Virus record (IMG/VR): IMGVR_UViG_3300037195_001174
Location: 1 to 36,867 of that record
Length of the DNA stretch: 36,867 nucleotides
Source of the DNA: a virus
Lineage: Duplodnaviria > Caudoviricetes
Reading direction: 5' to 3' (one strand)
Positions 24,134 to 34,242 of this stretch are shown one piece after another (the stretch's first letter is position 1; the number at the start of each line of letters is the position of its first letter). Under the pieces are notes generated by a model. The model saw only the letters and a program-made list of their open reading frames with translations, was not told the DNA's origin and ran no database searches. The position numbers were made by a program, and so were the translations under genes.

Positions 24134-24355
24134 ATGGCCGGAATCGAGATAATGCTAGGCAAGAGCAGCAAGGGCGACAAGCCCGCGACCGGCAGCGATG
24201 CGTCCGATGGCGACGACTACGGCGAGGCGCTGCACGAAGCTGCGGCGGGCTACCAGGCCGCGATGCGCTCGGGCGATAGCAAAGCCATCCTGAAGACGCG
24301 GCGGACGCTGCGGCGGCTTGAGCGCTTCTACGACGACGGTCACAAGGACAGCTGA
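24134..24355 (+). CDS. Small hypothetical protein
   Basis: ATG 24134; TGATG coupling to the next gene. Confidence 0.7.
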   Translation: MAGIEIMLGKSSKGDKPATGSDASDGDDYGEALHEAAAGYQAAMRSGDSKAILKTRRTLRRLERFYDDGHKDS

Positions 24356-25137
24356 TGCAGACGACGACCCTCGGAGAGCTGCGGACCTCGATTGCTGGCA
24401 GGGCGGACCTGCCGGTATTGAGCGCGACCACGTTCATCACGCAGGCCGAGATGGACCGGTGGATCAACCAGTCCGCCCGGCGGCTGATGAACATGCTCAT
24501 CGAGGCTCACGGGGAGGGGCATTTCGAGAAGACGCAGACGATCACGACGACTGCGAATCAGGACTACGAGGAGATCAGCGGAGACGCGGACGCTCCTCAC
24601 GGCAACGATATCTACCGGGTGCTTTACCTGCGCGTGACCCTCGACGGGACGCGGATCGACATGAAGCGCTCGAACGCGGAGGGTGTCGACCTCGAGGACC
24701 CGAGCAACAACTTCGCGTGGACACTCGCCTACCCGCCGCGGTGGCATTTCCGGGAGCATATGGACCAGCGGTTTGTGTGGTCGCGGACCCCGCTCGACGC
24801 GCACACGGTCACGATCCACTATGTGCCCTACTTCGTGTTTCACGACTTCAGCTCGGAGCCTGCAGCGCTCAACGTGATGTCCGATGCGGATGACCACCGG
24901 ATGCACTCGCACATGGGGTGGGACGAGTGGGTGGTCCTCGACTGCGCCATCAAGGCGATGAAGCGACAGGCGCTGCCGGCCGAGGAGTGGCAAGCGCTCA
25001 TGGTCGAGCAGCAGAGCATCCAAGAGGAGATCGAGGCAGCCGCGCAGACGCGCACGGACGACCCGAAGCACATCCGGCGCCGGTTCTTCCAGGAGGACCA
25101 GTATCGACGCGCGGGTTCGAGGTTCTGGGGCCTATGA
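24355..25137 (+). CDS. Head-tail adaptor (tail tubular A / P22 gp4-like position)
   Basis: TTLGELRTSI..RAD....TFITQAEMDRWINQS...WDEWVVLDCAIKA pattern; position after the capsid. Confidence 0.7.
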   Translation: MQTTTLGELRTSIAGRADLPVLSATTFITQAEMDRWINQSARRLMNMLIEAHGEGHFEKTQTITTTANQDYEEISGDADAPHGNDIYRVLYLRVTLDGTRIDMKRSNAEGVDLEDPSNNFAWTLAYPPRWHFREHMDQRFVWSRTPLDAHTVTIHYVPYFVFHDFSSEPAALNVMSDADDHRMHSHMGWDEWVVLDCAIKAMKRQALPAEEWQALMVEQQSIQEEIEAAAQTRTDDPKHIRRRFFQEDQYRRAGSRFWGL

Positions 25138-25466
25138 CCGACGTAATCCGACTGCAGCGCGAACGCCCGCGGGGCACCATGCCCGCGTGGATGGAGCGCG
25201 CGTGGGATGCGGTGTGGGACAACTTCCGCGCGCTCCAGCCGCTCGTGGGATACGAGGACATCACGTTCACGCCGGCAGCCGGGGCCAATGAGGTCGACCA
25301 CAAGCTGGGCGCGGTGCCTACGCGGTGGACCGTGATCCGCTCCGTGGATGTGACGGGCGCAATCTATGAGCAGAGCACAGTTGAGCCCACGGACATGTCG
25401 GTCGGTATCTACTGCGTGAGCGTAGGCACTGCGCCGTCGCTGACTATCCGGGTGTGGAGGGAGTAG
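25134..25466 (+). CDS. Small putative virion protein
   Basis: VDHKLGAVPTRW beta-rich motif; coupled to the adaptor. Confidence 0.65.
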   Translation: MTDVIRLQRERPRGTMPAWMERAWDAVWDNFRALQPLVGYEDITFTPAAGANEVDHKLGAVPTRWTVIRSVDVTGAIYEQSTVEPTDMSVGIYCVSVGTAPSLTIRVWRE

Positions 25467-25467
25467 C

Positions 25468-28400
25468 ATGGTCGCACGCAACACCATGCGCTTCCCCCTC
25501 GGAGCCGGCATCGACCGCAAGAGCGACTCGAAGCACGTTCCGGCGCCGAAGTGCGAGTTGCTGCAGAATGTGGAGCTGCGGTCGAATGGGAAGATCCGCA
25601 AGCGGCGAGCGCTCAAGACTGCAGCGGATGGCAGCGCGGGGGACGTGGCCACGTTGGTCGGGGGCAATCAGCGGCTACTGGTGAACGCGGACAGCACGTG
25701 CGGCGAGGTGATACGCGCTCAGGGCTCGACGTACGATGCCCCGAGCTTGATCTCGCCCGTCACGTCGGCGGGGATCGTGGTGTCGCGGAAGTCGAGGGAA
25801 TACAGATACGGCTCCTGCGCTGCGTTCGATGGCAAGCTCGGGGTAGTAACTCACGAGCCCGACCCGACCGGCGCGTTCAACGGCGCATCGGTGGCGATGG
25901 AGGTCGACCCCGACACGTTCGCATTGGATACGCCTGGCTACCCGGACGACCGGCCGATCACAAGCAGCCCTGACCAGACCAACGTCCGGGTTCGCGCGGT
26001 GGCAGACCACGGGTTTCTAGTGCTCTGGTGGAACGACGATGGCAACAAAATCCAGGCGCAACTGTACGTTGACGGCGCCTTTCAAGGGTCCGCCACGACG
26101 CTCGCATCCACTGCATCTGACATCTACGACGCGATCGTAGACTCGACCGGGGACGTGCTTTACCTCGTGTACGATGACGGCTCAAACCGTGCGTTTGAGT
26201 CGTTCGATATCACGGGCACGGGGTCGAGCATCACGATCACGACCACGGGCAATTCGAATGTGAACGGGGCCTCGCCTACTGCGGTGACCATTGCGCTGGA
26301 CGAGGCAAATTCCCGGGTCATCATGCCCGCGGTTATCGGCGGCGCAGCGGTTAGCGTCGCGATGGACCTCGATTACACCAACGGCGTCACAACCACTATG
26401 ACAACTGTGTCCGGCGCGGGGCGCATGACCGCGGTGCACCTGTCGGGCACGTCGCGGGTTGCGGTGTATCACAACGGCGCAGGCGGCGTGGTCCAACAGG
26501 ACGTGCCTACCGGTGTGAGTTCCACGCCGGGCACGGCAAAGTACATGTATGGGGTATCGCTAGCCCACGAGGTGGTCGAGCACTCGCTACACGGCAACAA
26601 CGTTGTTTTCGTGGGACTATTCCAGTCATCGACGTTTGAGTCTTACTCCGTGACCGTGATGGCTGTCCCGTTGGATGCGGACAACTACCCGGTCCCGATT
26701 GCGCAGTACCTATATGGGACTGCGGCTCAGCCCGCCACCACTGGTGCCAACACTATTTCGGCCGTCGCAGCGATCACGACAGACACGGGCACGCGATTCT
26801 TCTGGGCGGCGTCGGTGGCGACGGAACTGCGCTCGCAAGGCACGGGGCTGGATAGCAACCACAGCCTCGGGGTGCTGTCGTTCGACTTGTCGGCGGCGAC
26901 TGCTTACAACCACGCGCACGGGCATAGCGCGATGATGGTCGCCGGGGGCATTCCCGCGGCTATCGTGGGCAACCCCGTGATGGTTGCGGGCTTCCTTGCA
27001 TCGCCCGACGTGGAATCAGTGACCGCGGTAAACGGCGGCAACATCCCGGATGGCACCTACAACGTCGCCATCGTGTGGGAGCTGCTCGACCAACACGGGC
27101 GGATATGGCAGTCGCGCCCATCCACGACGGAGACGGTCACGACGTCGGGGACGGACAGCTCGATCGAGTTCGTTGTAAACACGCCTGTCGTTCCGAAGCA
27201 GACCGAGGAACTCGGGCCGACGGTCACGATGGCTATCTACCTGACCGACACGCTAGGCACGGGCGTGAAGTACCGGGGCTCCGAGTACAGCGGGAACGAT
27301 GTCGCAGACTTCCACGACAGCGCGACGATCACTGTCACGGAGACATCCTCGGCATTTACCGCGGACCTGACGACGCGTGAGGTCCTATACACGGACACGG
27401 GCGAGCTTGAGCACTATCCGCCGCCGCCATGCTCTACGATTGTGAAGCACAAGAACCGATTCGCCGCAGTGCACTCGGAGAGCGGGGACATCTGGTTTAG
27501 CTTCGAGTTCGTAGAGGGTCAGGGCATCTTCTGGAACCCGCAGCTTGTGGTCAAAGTGGACGACCCGAGCGACAAGCCGACCGCGCTGGTCAGCACCGAC
27601 TCCGCGCTGATGGTCCTGTCCAAGAATCGCATGGGCTACATCTACGGCGACGGGCCGAACAACCAAGGGCTCGGGCAGCCATTCTCGAACGTGCAATTCC
27701 TGCCGGACGCGGACGTGGGAGCCATCGGCCAGAAGGCGGTCTTGAAGCTCCCGATGGGCGCGCTCTTCTGCGACGGGGACAAGGGGTTCCATGTGGTCCC
27801 GTACGGTGGAGCACAGCCGCAGTACGTCGGTCGCGACCTCGACGGGGCGCCCACGGAGACGATCGTAGGGATGGCCCATCTGCCTGACCGCCACGAGGCG
27901 CGGGTGGTCTACTACGACGCGGAGGCCATCTCGGATACGGTCGATGCGTCTTGGCACACGTGGCACTATGACTCGGGCGACTGGTCTCACGGACTGGCGA
28001 CTGGCTACACGGCATCCAACCGCTACGCGCTCGCGGACGGCAATGAGTTCCTGATCGATGGCGCGGGCGAGAAGACCACCAACGGCTACGATGCGACGAG
28101 CACCTATGTTGTGATGCGCATTCGCACGGGGTGGATCGTGCTCGAAGAGGCGTCACGTGTGCAAGGGCAGTTCCGGCTGTGGAACATCTATTGCCTGTCC
28201 GAGTCGGTTGATGGCCATGACCTGAACGTGGATATCTACTACGACTACGACCTCACAGGCACTGCGACAAACCTTGACGTGGCAGCGCGCGCGCCTGGGG
28301 ACGACCGCTTGAGGGTATGGCCCGGCAGGCAGTTGATCGAGGCTTTCAAGCTGGACATCTTCGACGCGTCGGCGGGCGGCGGGTCGTCCACGGGCGAGGG

Positions 28401-28491
28401 CCCGGAGCTGTCTGACATCGAGATTCACTTCGGGGTGTACCCCGCCATCAAGCCCCGGGTTGCCCCGGGCGACGTCGCAGCAGGGAGCTAG
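25468..28491 (+). CDS. Tail nozzle / tubular protein B-like (P22 gp10-like position)
   Basis: 1007 aa beta-rich; GIDRKSD...LQNVEL...GKIRKR start; propeller-like C-half (HKNRF...IWFS, VGAIGQKAV). Confidence 0.7.
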   Translation: MVARNTMRFPLGAGIDRKSDSKHVPAPKCELLQNVELRSNGKIRKRRALKTAADGSAGDVATLVGGNQRLLVNADSTCGEVIRAQGSTYDAPSLISPVTSAGIVVSRKSREYRYGSCAAFDGKLGVVTHEPDPTGAFNGASVAMEVDPDTFALDTPGYPDDRPITSSPDQTNVRVRAVADHGFLVLWWNDDGNKIQAQLYVDGAFQGSATTLASTASDIYDAIVDSTGDVLYLVYDDGSNRAFESFDITGTGSSITITTTGNSNVNGASPTAVTIALDEANSRVIMPAVIGGAAVSVAMDLDYTNGVTTTMTTVSGAGRMTAVHLSGTSRVAVYHNGAGGVVQQDVPTGVSSTPGTAKYMYGVSLAHEVVEHSLHGNNVVFVGLFQSSTFESYSVTVMAVPLDADNYPVPIAQYLYGTAAQPATTGANTISAVAAITTDTGTRFFWAASVATELRSQGTGLDSNHSLGVLSFDLSAATAYNHAHGHSAMMVAGGIPAAIVGNPVMVAGFLASPDVESVTAVNGGNIPDGTYNVAIVWELLDQHGRIWQSRPSTTETVTTSGTDSSIEFVVNTPVVPKQTEELGPTVTMAIYLTDTLGTGVKYRGSEYSGNDVADFHDSATITVTETSSAFTADLTTREVLYTDTGELEHYPPPPCSTIVKHKNRFAAVHSESGDIWFSFEFVEGQGIFWNPQLVVKVDDPSDKPTALVSTDSALMVLSKNRMGYIYGDGPNNQGLGQPFSNVQFLPDADVGAIGQKAVLKLPMGALFCDGDKGFHVVPYGGAQPQYVGRDLDGAPTETIVGMAHLPDRHEARVVYYDAEAISDTVDASWHTWHYDSGDWSHGLATGYTASNRYALADGNEFLIDGAGEKTTNGYDATSTYVVMRIRTGWIVLEEASRVQGQFRLWNIYCLSESVDGHDLNVDIYYDYDLTGTATNLDVAARAPGDDRLRVWPGRQLIEAFKLDIFDASAGGGSSTGEGPELSDIEIHFGVYPAIKPRVAPGDVAAGS

Positions 28492-28494
28492 AGC

Positions 28495-29271
28495 ATGCCG
28501 AAATACAACCCACGAGATTACATCGACCCTGTGGAACAGACCCACGCAGCGGGCGGCGGGACTACGAGCATCGCTGCCACGCGCTTCGGGCAGGAGGGCC
28601 CGCGGATGGCTCCGCGCGTGGACACCGCTGGGATGGAGATTGCCAACCGGCAGGCGGGCCGGACGCGCGACCAGCAGATGGAAGCGGTCGACCTCACGCG
28701 GCAGGCGGCGCTCGGGCAGGCGCCATCGGCTGCGCAGATTCAACAGCAGCAGGGCATTGAGCAGGGCATGCGGCAGCAGCTCGCGCTTGCCAACAGCGCG
28801 CGCGGCGGGTCGGGTGCGACACTCGGGGCGCTGCGGAGCGCTCAGGACCAGACCGCTCAGATGGCCGCGGCGGGTGCGCAGCAGGGCGCAGCGCTCCGGG
28901 CGCAGGAGATGGCGGCGGCACGCGGGATGCTCGGGCAACAGTTGTCGGGCATCCAAGGCCAGGACCAGGCGCTCGGGGCGCAGGCGTTGCAGCTCGGAAT
29001 GTCGGACCAGCAGGCAGCCCTTGCGCAGACGGGCATGGATGACTCGCGAGCGCTCGGGATGGGCGGGCTAGCGCTGCAGGGCGCGGGGCAGGCGGATAAC
29101 CTGCTGCTCGGTCAGCAGGGGCTGGAGTTGCAGGGCCAGACGGCCACGGCTGATTTGGCGTTCGAGAAATACAAGAGTCAGCAGGAAGCCCGGCAGGCAT
29201 ACCTCGCGATGGCTCTAGGCGCCGCGACCGGTGGCCTAATGGGCGGCGCGTCGATCGGCAAGGGGAAGTAA
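28495..29271 (+). CDS. Putative DNA ejection/internal virion protein 1
   Basis: Q/A/G-rich with GQAPSAAQIQ; hydrophobic Gly-rich C-terminus. Confidence 0.65.
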   Translation: MPKYNPRDYIDPVEQTHAAGGGTTSIAATRFGQEGPRMAPRVDTAGMEIANRQAGRTRDQQMEAVDLTRQAALGQAPSAAQIQQQQGIEQGMRQQLALANSARGGSGATLGALRSAQDQTAQMAAAGAQQGAALRAQEMAAARGMLGQQLSGIQGQDQALGAQALQLGMSDQQAALAQTGMDDSRALGMGGLALQGAGQADNLLLGQQGLELQGQTATADLAFEKYKSQQEARQAYLAMALGAATGGLMGGASIGKGK

Positions 29272-29274
29272 GCC

Positions 29275-30855
29275 ATGGGCGACGAAATGACAGATTTGGA
29301 GCACGCGCAGGCGTTCGTCGCGCAGCGGCAGGCGCTGGACGCACAGCGGGCAGCGGCGCCGCAACGGTCGCACACGGTCACCCCGGCGGCTCCTGTGCCG
29401 CAGTCGGACGCGATGACACTCGCCAATCCGCTCGGCGCGCTCCCGCCTGTCGTCCCTGCCCCCGCGGGCAGCCCACAAGCGGACGCTCAGGCCATCGCGG
29501 CACGTCCGGACCTAATGGCACGGATAGGCGCAGCGGCCCCACAGGCGCCCGTGGGACGGCCAGGCACTGCTCCTAGCTTGCGCCGGGTGACGAACACGAC
29601 GACGACCACGAAGGGCATCGAGGGCGCGGATGAGATGCGGGAGCGGGGCGCGGAGATCTTGGAGGACCAGCAGCGGCTGGCGCAGGACGCGGCCATGCTG
29701 CAGATCGAGCAGGCGGATATTCGCAAGGATGCGCTCGTGAATGAGCAGATCGCGACCGACCGGGCTGCTGCGGAGGTCGCGGGCATCCGGGCTCAAGGCG
29801 CGGAGGAAGCAGCGGGCCACATGGCGCAGGCGCAGGAGTTGCGCGGGCAGGCAAAAGAGTTGCAGCAGCAGGGGCACGACTTCTGGGGCGAGAAGAACGC
29901 CGGGTTCAAGATTACCGCGCTGCTCGGGAGTATCTTCGGTGGGGCGCTGCAGGGGCTGCAGGGTGGCAAGAACCAATTTCTTGAGCACATCGACGGGTTG
30001 ATCGCTCGCGAGGACAAGGCGCATCAGGACAAGATCGACGGGCTGCGCGAGGACGCGGCGGGCGAGGTGACGTTCTACGACATCGCGCGCACGCGGACGG
30101 ATGACGCGGTGGCGCAGCGGATGATCGCCCACGGCATGATGCTCGACTCGGTCAAGCTCAAGATGCAATCGCAGATGGAGGGGCTCGGCGACTCGCAAGC
30201 CGCGCTCGATATGGGCGAGGCATACGCCGAGCTCGAGCAAGCGAGCCTGGCCAACGACGCGAAGTTTGCGGACCACACGCAGACGACCGCGGCGCAGAAG
30301 ATGGTGAAGGTCCCGGGGCGGGCGCCCACGGGCGACTACGCGACGGGGGCAGGGCTCGGGCCGGACGGGAAGCCGCTCAAGACCATCCCGGGGACGCGGA
30401 TTGACGATCATCAAGCGTACGCGGGGTTGAGCACCACGGACCGGTCGGAGGCGCGGAAGGTCAGCGGGTCTGCTAACGCGCTGTTCAACTCACTCGACGA
30501 GATGGCGAAGATCCGGCGCGAGTTCGGCACGGAGAGCGGCGACACATCCGCGCAGTCGCGCTACACGAACCTTGCCCAATCGGCAAAGGTGAGCTTGTCC
30601 CAGATGATGGACCAGGGGACCATCACAGCGGCGGACGCCGAACAAATGAAGGATCTGTGGGAGGAGGACTTGAAACCGCGCCTATCCGATGTGCAGCGCG
30701 TGGCAGGCGTCGATCCGACCCTCAACAAGCTAGAGGGCGCCATGGACAACGTAGAGCGCCAAGCCAACAACCGGCTGCGCGCATACGGGCTCAACCTCGA
30801 AGGCCTCAAATCCACGCAGACCCGGGTCGAAGGCTTGGAGTCGGGAGTCCGCTAG
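29275..30855 (+). CDS. Putative DNA ejection/internal virion protein 2
   Basis: Helical, with a central ALLGSIFGGALQGL segment; podoviral gene position. Confidence 0.65.
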   Translation: MGDEMTDLEHAQAFVAQRQALDAQRAAAPQRSHTVTPAAPVPQSDAMTLANPLGALPPVVPAPAGSPQADAQAIAARPDLMARIGAAAPQAPVGRPGTAPSLRRVTNTTTTTKGIEGADEMRERGAEILEDQQRLAQDAAMLQIEQADIRKDALVNEQIATDRAAAEVAGIRAQGAEEAAGHMAQAQELRGQAKELQQQGHDFWGEKNAGFKITALLGSIFGGALQGLQGGKNQFLEHIDGLIAREDKAHQDKIDGLREDAAGEVTFYDIARTRTDDAVAQRMIAHGMMLDSVKLKMQSQMEGLGDSQAALDMGEAYAELEQASLANDAKFADHTQTTAAQKMVKVPGRAPTGDYATGAGLGPDGKPLKTIPGTRIDDHQAYAGLSTTDRSEARKVSGSANALFNSLDEMAKIRREFGTESGDTSAQSRYTNLAQSAKVSLSQMMDQGTITAADAEQMKDLWEEDLKPRLSDVQRVAGVDPTLNKLEGAMDNVERQANNRLRAYGLNLEGLKSTQTRVEGLESGVR

Positions 30856-33849
30856 ATGGCTGACCCGTCCACAGAGGAGCGCGTCAACCTACGCGGGCCG
30901 GACGGCTCGTTTGCGAACGTGCCCATCAGCAAGGCGAAGGCCGCGCTCGACGCGGGCTATACGATTGCGTCCGAGGAGGATGTAGCAGCCGAGAAGGAGC
31001 GCCAGTTCCGGCAGACCGCCCCCGAGCAGGTCAAGACGGGCGCGGAGGGCCTCGTGCGCGGGGCTACGCTCGGATTCGGCGAGCCGCTGCTCACGGGCAT
31101 ATCGAGCCCGGAGGATGTGGCAGCGCGCAAGGCTGCGAATCCTGAGCTGGCACTCGGGACCGAGTTGGGTGGAGCTATCCTGCCGTTGCTTGCGACAGGT
31201 GGGACAGGAGCCGTGGCCACCGGGGTCAGGGCTGCGGGGGCCGCCCCCCGGGCCGTGGCTGCTGTGGGCGGCGCCGTGGAACGGGTGGCGGCCAGCGCGT
31301 TAGGGCGCTCGGTCGCAGCACGCACCGCGGGCACCGCTGCCGCGGGAGCATTCGAAGGCGCCGTGGTGGGCGCGGGACAGGCGGTATCCGAGGCTGCGCT
31401 CACGGACACGGAGCTAACCGGCGAGATGGTCGCGGCCGGGATGGGCCACGGCGCCCTGCTAGGCGGCGCTGCTGGCGGCGCTCTGGGCTTGGGAGTCGCA
31501 GGGGTAGGCAAGGCGCTCGGGGGCGCCAAAGCGGCTGTGGGGGGCGCTGCGGCCCGTGCGCGGGCTGTTCTGCCCGAGGGCGCGTTGGGCGGGAAGCCGG
31601 CTGCGGCTGTGGGCGATGCGGTCGAGGGTGGTGCGGCTGCTCGGGCGACCGGGGACGCGCTCGAAGGCACCCCGGCTGCGGCTGTGGGTGATGCGGCCGA
31701 GGGCGCGCTGGGCGGCAGTAAGCCCGGGATGACCATCGGGGAGGCTGCGGAGGCTGGCTTGAGCCCACAGGCGGCTCGCAAGACTGTCCCGGACGCTGCG
31801 GAGGCGGTCGAGGGCGGCACTGAGGACATGCTTCAGCAGTTCAATCGCCGATCGAAGGCCGCGGAGGCCGAGGATGAGATCCTTGAGGAGCACATTCACG
31901 GGATATCTGCGAATCTCAAGGAGCGCGCGGAGTTGTCGGATGCGCTCCACAATAAGCTGAACATGGGCGACAAGTACAAAGCCCAGGCCACTGCAATCAA
32001 GGAGGATGTGGCTTCGGGTGCGATGCAACGGACGTCGGTCGAAGTCGCGGAGCAGGCCGACGACATGATCAGCGGCGTGATGCGCGAGGTCGACGAAATC
32101 GCCGGCAAACGCAAGACCCGCGAGGGCATCGAGAAGTTGCAGAAGAAGATCAAGGAGCTGCGGGCCGATGGCGCGGCGATCAAGGGCACTAGCAAAAAGA
32201 GCGCGGCTGCCCGGAGCCGAAACCAGGCGAGGATCGACAAGCTGCAGCGGAAGATCGACGACACCCCGCAGCCGGACGAAGTGTTCCAGGGGCAGGCGTT
32301 CGAGAACCGGGAAGCTAATGCGGCACGGCGGCTCAAGTCGGAGTTCCTCGACGAGAAGGCGAAGATCATCCGCGACCTGCGCGATCGGGCTCGCAACGGC
32401 GAGGAGGTGCGCGGCGAGTTGATGCAGCATCTCGACCAGACGAAGCGAGCGGTCGGCCGCATCTCCAAGTCTTTGGGCGGCCGAGGCACTGCGGGCACGG
32501 GTGACGTGGTGTTCACGGCCGGCGGCATCATGCGGCGGAACTACGATGACATCGCGATGGCCCTTGAGAACCCGAGTGCGTTTGGGGCGCGTGCGGCCGA
32601 TATTCAGAGCGCGGACAATGCGGTGTGGACGAAATACTTCGACTCAGACGCGGGGTTCAATGAAACGCTGCTGATGAAGGGCGAGGGGCACGGCGGCAAG
32701 CGTGTCCAGACTGGGGACACTGCTGGTTGGACGCAAAGTGACCTCGGGGACGAAGGGAAGATAGACACGCTTATCCGCGGCGCCGGGCGTGCCAAGATGG
32801 CGGGTAAAGAGCGCATGATGCGCGAGGGTGCGGAGGCCGAAACCGCGCTCCTTGAGCAGCTAGCTAATAGCAGGTCGCTGACCATAGATAATGAGACGGT
32901 CGCGCAGGTCGCCCGGTTCCGTGAGCTGAACGACGAGCTTGTGGGGCGATTCGACAACGCTAAAGCGACGTCGCAGTCAGCCCGCGAGCACGCGGATTGG
33001 CTCAAGAAGTGGCAAGGCGTCCCCCTCGCGGAGACCGTCACGCGGACCGTCTCGACCCTCGCGGAAAAGGCGCGGATGCTCGCCGGCATGGAAGCGCAGG
33101 CCGCGACGGTCAGCAGCAAGATCGACAAAGCAGTCAAGGCAGCGGTCAGCAGCACGAAGGCAGCTGCGACCAAAGCGGGGCGCACGGCGAAGACCGTGGC
33201 GCGCGCGGGCGCTGCGAAGGCACCGCGGGCCGAGCGCTTCGACGACGCGGCCGAGCGCGTGACGCGACAGGCAGCAGCCCCAATGGTCATCGGCGAGCAG
33301 GTCGCGGCGCGTGTGGGGGACCACAAGGTCGCGTCCGCGGTGGTCGGCACGGTCGTCCGTGGGAATGCATTCCTGAAGAGCAAGATGCCCGCGCCGATGA
33401 TCCGCGATAGCGAGCGGCAGCCGCACATCAAGGGCCCGCAGCGCGTCTCCAATAGCGAGATGTCCAGGTGGTTGCGCTACGTGGAAGCGGTCGAGGACCC
33501 GATGAGCGTGGTCGCAGCGCTCGAAGCGGGCACGCTGCGGCGTGAGGGTGCGGAAGCGCTCCGGGTGGTCCACCCGCGGATGTATGCCGAGCTGAAGAGC
33601 CGGGTGAACGAGCAGGTCGCGGACGAATCGGAACGAATGTCGCGAAAGAAGCTGACTCAGCTGTCGATTCTGTTTGACGAGCCGTATCATTTCAGCATGG
33701 AGCCGGGATTCTTGCTATCAATGCAGCAGAATGCCGAGGCTGAACAGCAGGAAGCAGAGCAAGGGGGCGGTTTCGTAGCGCCTTCCGCGAGGAAACCGCC
33801 GGACACGTCGGGCGATCACATGACCGAGACACAAAGGATTAGCCAATGA
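30856..33849 (+). CDS. Putative large DNA ejection/internal virion protein 3
   Basis: 997 aa; EGLVRGATLGF and Gly/Ala-rich membrane-like helices, then a long helical region. Confidence 0.7.
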   Translation: MADPSTEERVNLRGPDGSFANVPISKAKAALDAGYTIASEEDVAAEKERQFRQTAPEQVKTGAEGLVRGATLGFGEPLLTGISSPEDVAARKAANPELALGTELGGAILPLLATGGTGAVATGVRAAGAAPRAVAAVGGAVERVAASALGRSVAARTAGTAAAGAFEGAVVGAGQAVSEAALTDTELTGEMVAAGMGHGALLGGAAGGALGLGVAGVGKALGGAKAAVGGAAARARAVLPEGALGGKPAAAVGDAVEGGAAARATGDALEGTPAAAVGDAAEGALGGSKPGMTIGEAAEAGLSPQAARKTVPDAAEAVEGGTEDMLQQFNRRSKAAEAEDEILEEHIHGISANLKERAELSDALHNKLNMGDKYKAQATAIKEDVASGAMQRTSVEVAEQADDMISGVMREVDEIAGKRKTREGIEKLQKKIKELRADGAAIKGTSKKSAAARSRNQARIDKLQRKIDDTPQPDEVFQGQAFENREANAARRLKSEFLDEKAKIIRDLRDRARNGEEVRGELMQHLDQTKRAVGRISKSLGGRGTAGTGDVVFTAGGIMRRNYDDIAMALENPSAFGARAADIQSADNAVWTKYFDSDAGFNETLLMKGEGHGGKRVQTGDTAGWTQSDLGDEGKIDTLIRGAGRAKMAGKERMMREGAEAETALLEQLANSRSLTIDNETVAQVARFRELNDELVGRFDNAKATSQSAREHADWLKKWQGVPLAETVTRTVSTLAEKARMLAGMEAQAATVSSKIDKAVKAAVSSTKAAATKAGRTAKTVARAGAAKAPRAERFDDAAERVTRQAAAPMVIGEQVAARVGDHKVASAVVGTVVRGNAFLKSKMPAPMIRDSERQPHIKGPQRVSNSEMSRWLRYVEAVEDPMSVVAALEAGTLRREGAEALRVVHPRMYAELKSRVNEQVADESERMSRKKLTQLSILFDEPYHFSMEPGFLLSMQQNAEAEQQEAEQGGGFVAPSARKPPDTSGDHMTETQRISQ

Positions 33850-34241
33850 CGATCACAGCAATGAAAAAGAAGGTCCTGGTAGGACTCGACGGCGTGGACA
33901 TGGATGACGACGCGGAGAGCGAGCCCGTTGACTGCGTGCAGACGCGGAACTTTCGGGCGCAGATCTCCTGGCCCGCAACCGGGACGCCTGTGGGAAACTT
34001 CCGCGTGCTCGGGTCCGAGAACGGCGAGGACTTCGAGGTGCAGACGCTTACGAGCGACATGCTCCCGCACTTGACCGCGTGCACGCTGGAGTCCGATGGG
34101 ACGGTGCTCACGACGGGCGCGGCTGGGAAGCTGATGATCAACATCCTCGACGCGTGGGGGGACATGAAGGTCGACTGGGTGCATTCGAGCGGGTCGTCCA
34201 CGGGCGTGATGTCCGCGGCGACCGGGAAGCGGGGCGAGTAA
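33846..34241 (+). CDS. Small beta-rich putative virion protein
   Basis: ISWPATGTPVGNFRVLGSENGEDF jelly-roll-like pattern. Confidence 0.6.
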   Translation: MTITAMKKKVLVGLDGVDMDDDAESEPVDCVQTRNFRAQISWPATGTPVGNFRVLGSENGEDFEVQTLTSDMLPHLTACTLESDGTVLTTGAAGKLMINILDAWGDMKVDWVHSSGSSTGVMSAATGKRGE

Positions 34242-34242
34242 C

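Noticed and set aside
28379-28396. 18-bp repeat gcgggtcgtccacgggcg also at 34189
   Set aside because: Both copies encode GSSTG in frame in GC-rich DNA; probably coincidental.
18356-33690. Many long antisense ORFs over the late genes
   Set aside because: Shadow ORFs expected from high GC3 codon bias; no motifs, RBS or operon logic.
30856-33849. Tape measure protein
   Set aside because: No major tail, tail chaperone or baseplate genes. The context (adaptor, nozzle, three helical genes) fits podoviral ejection proteins.
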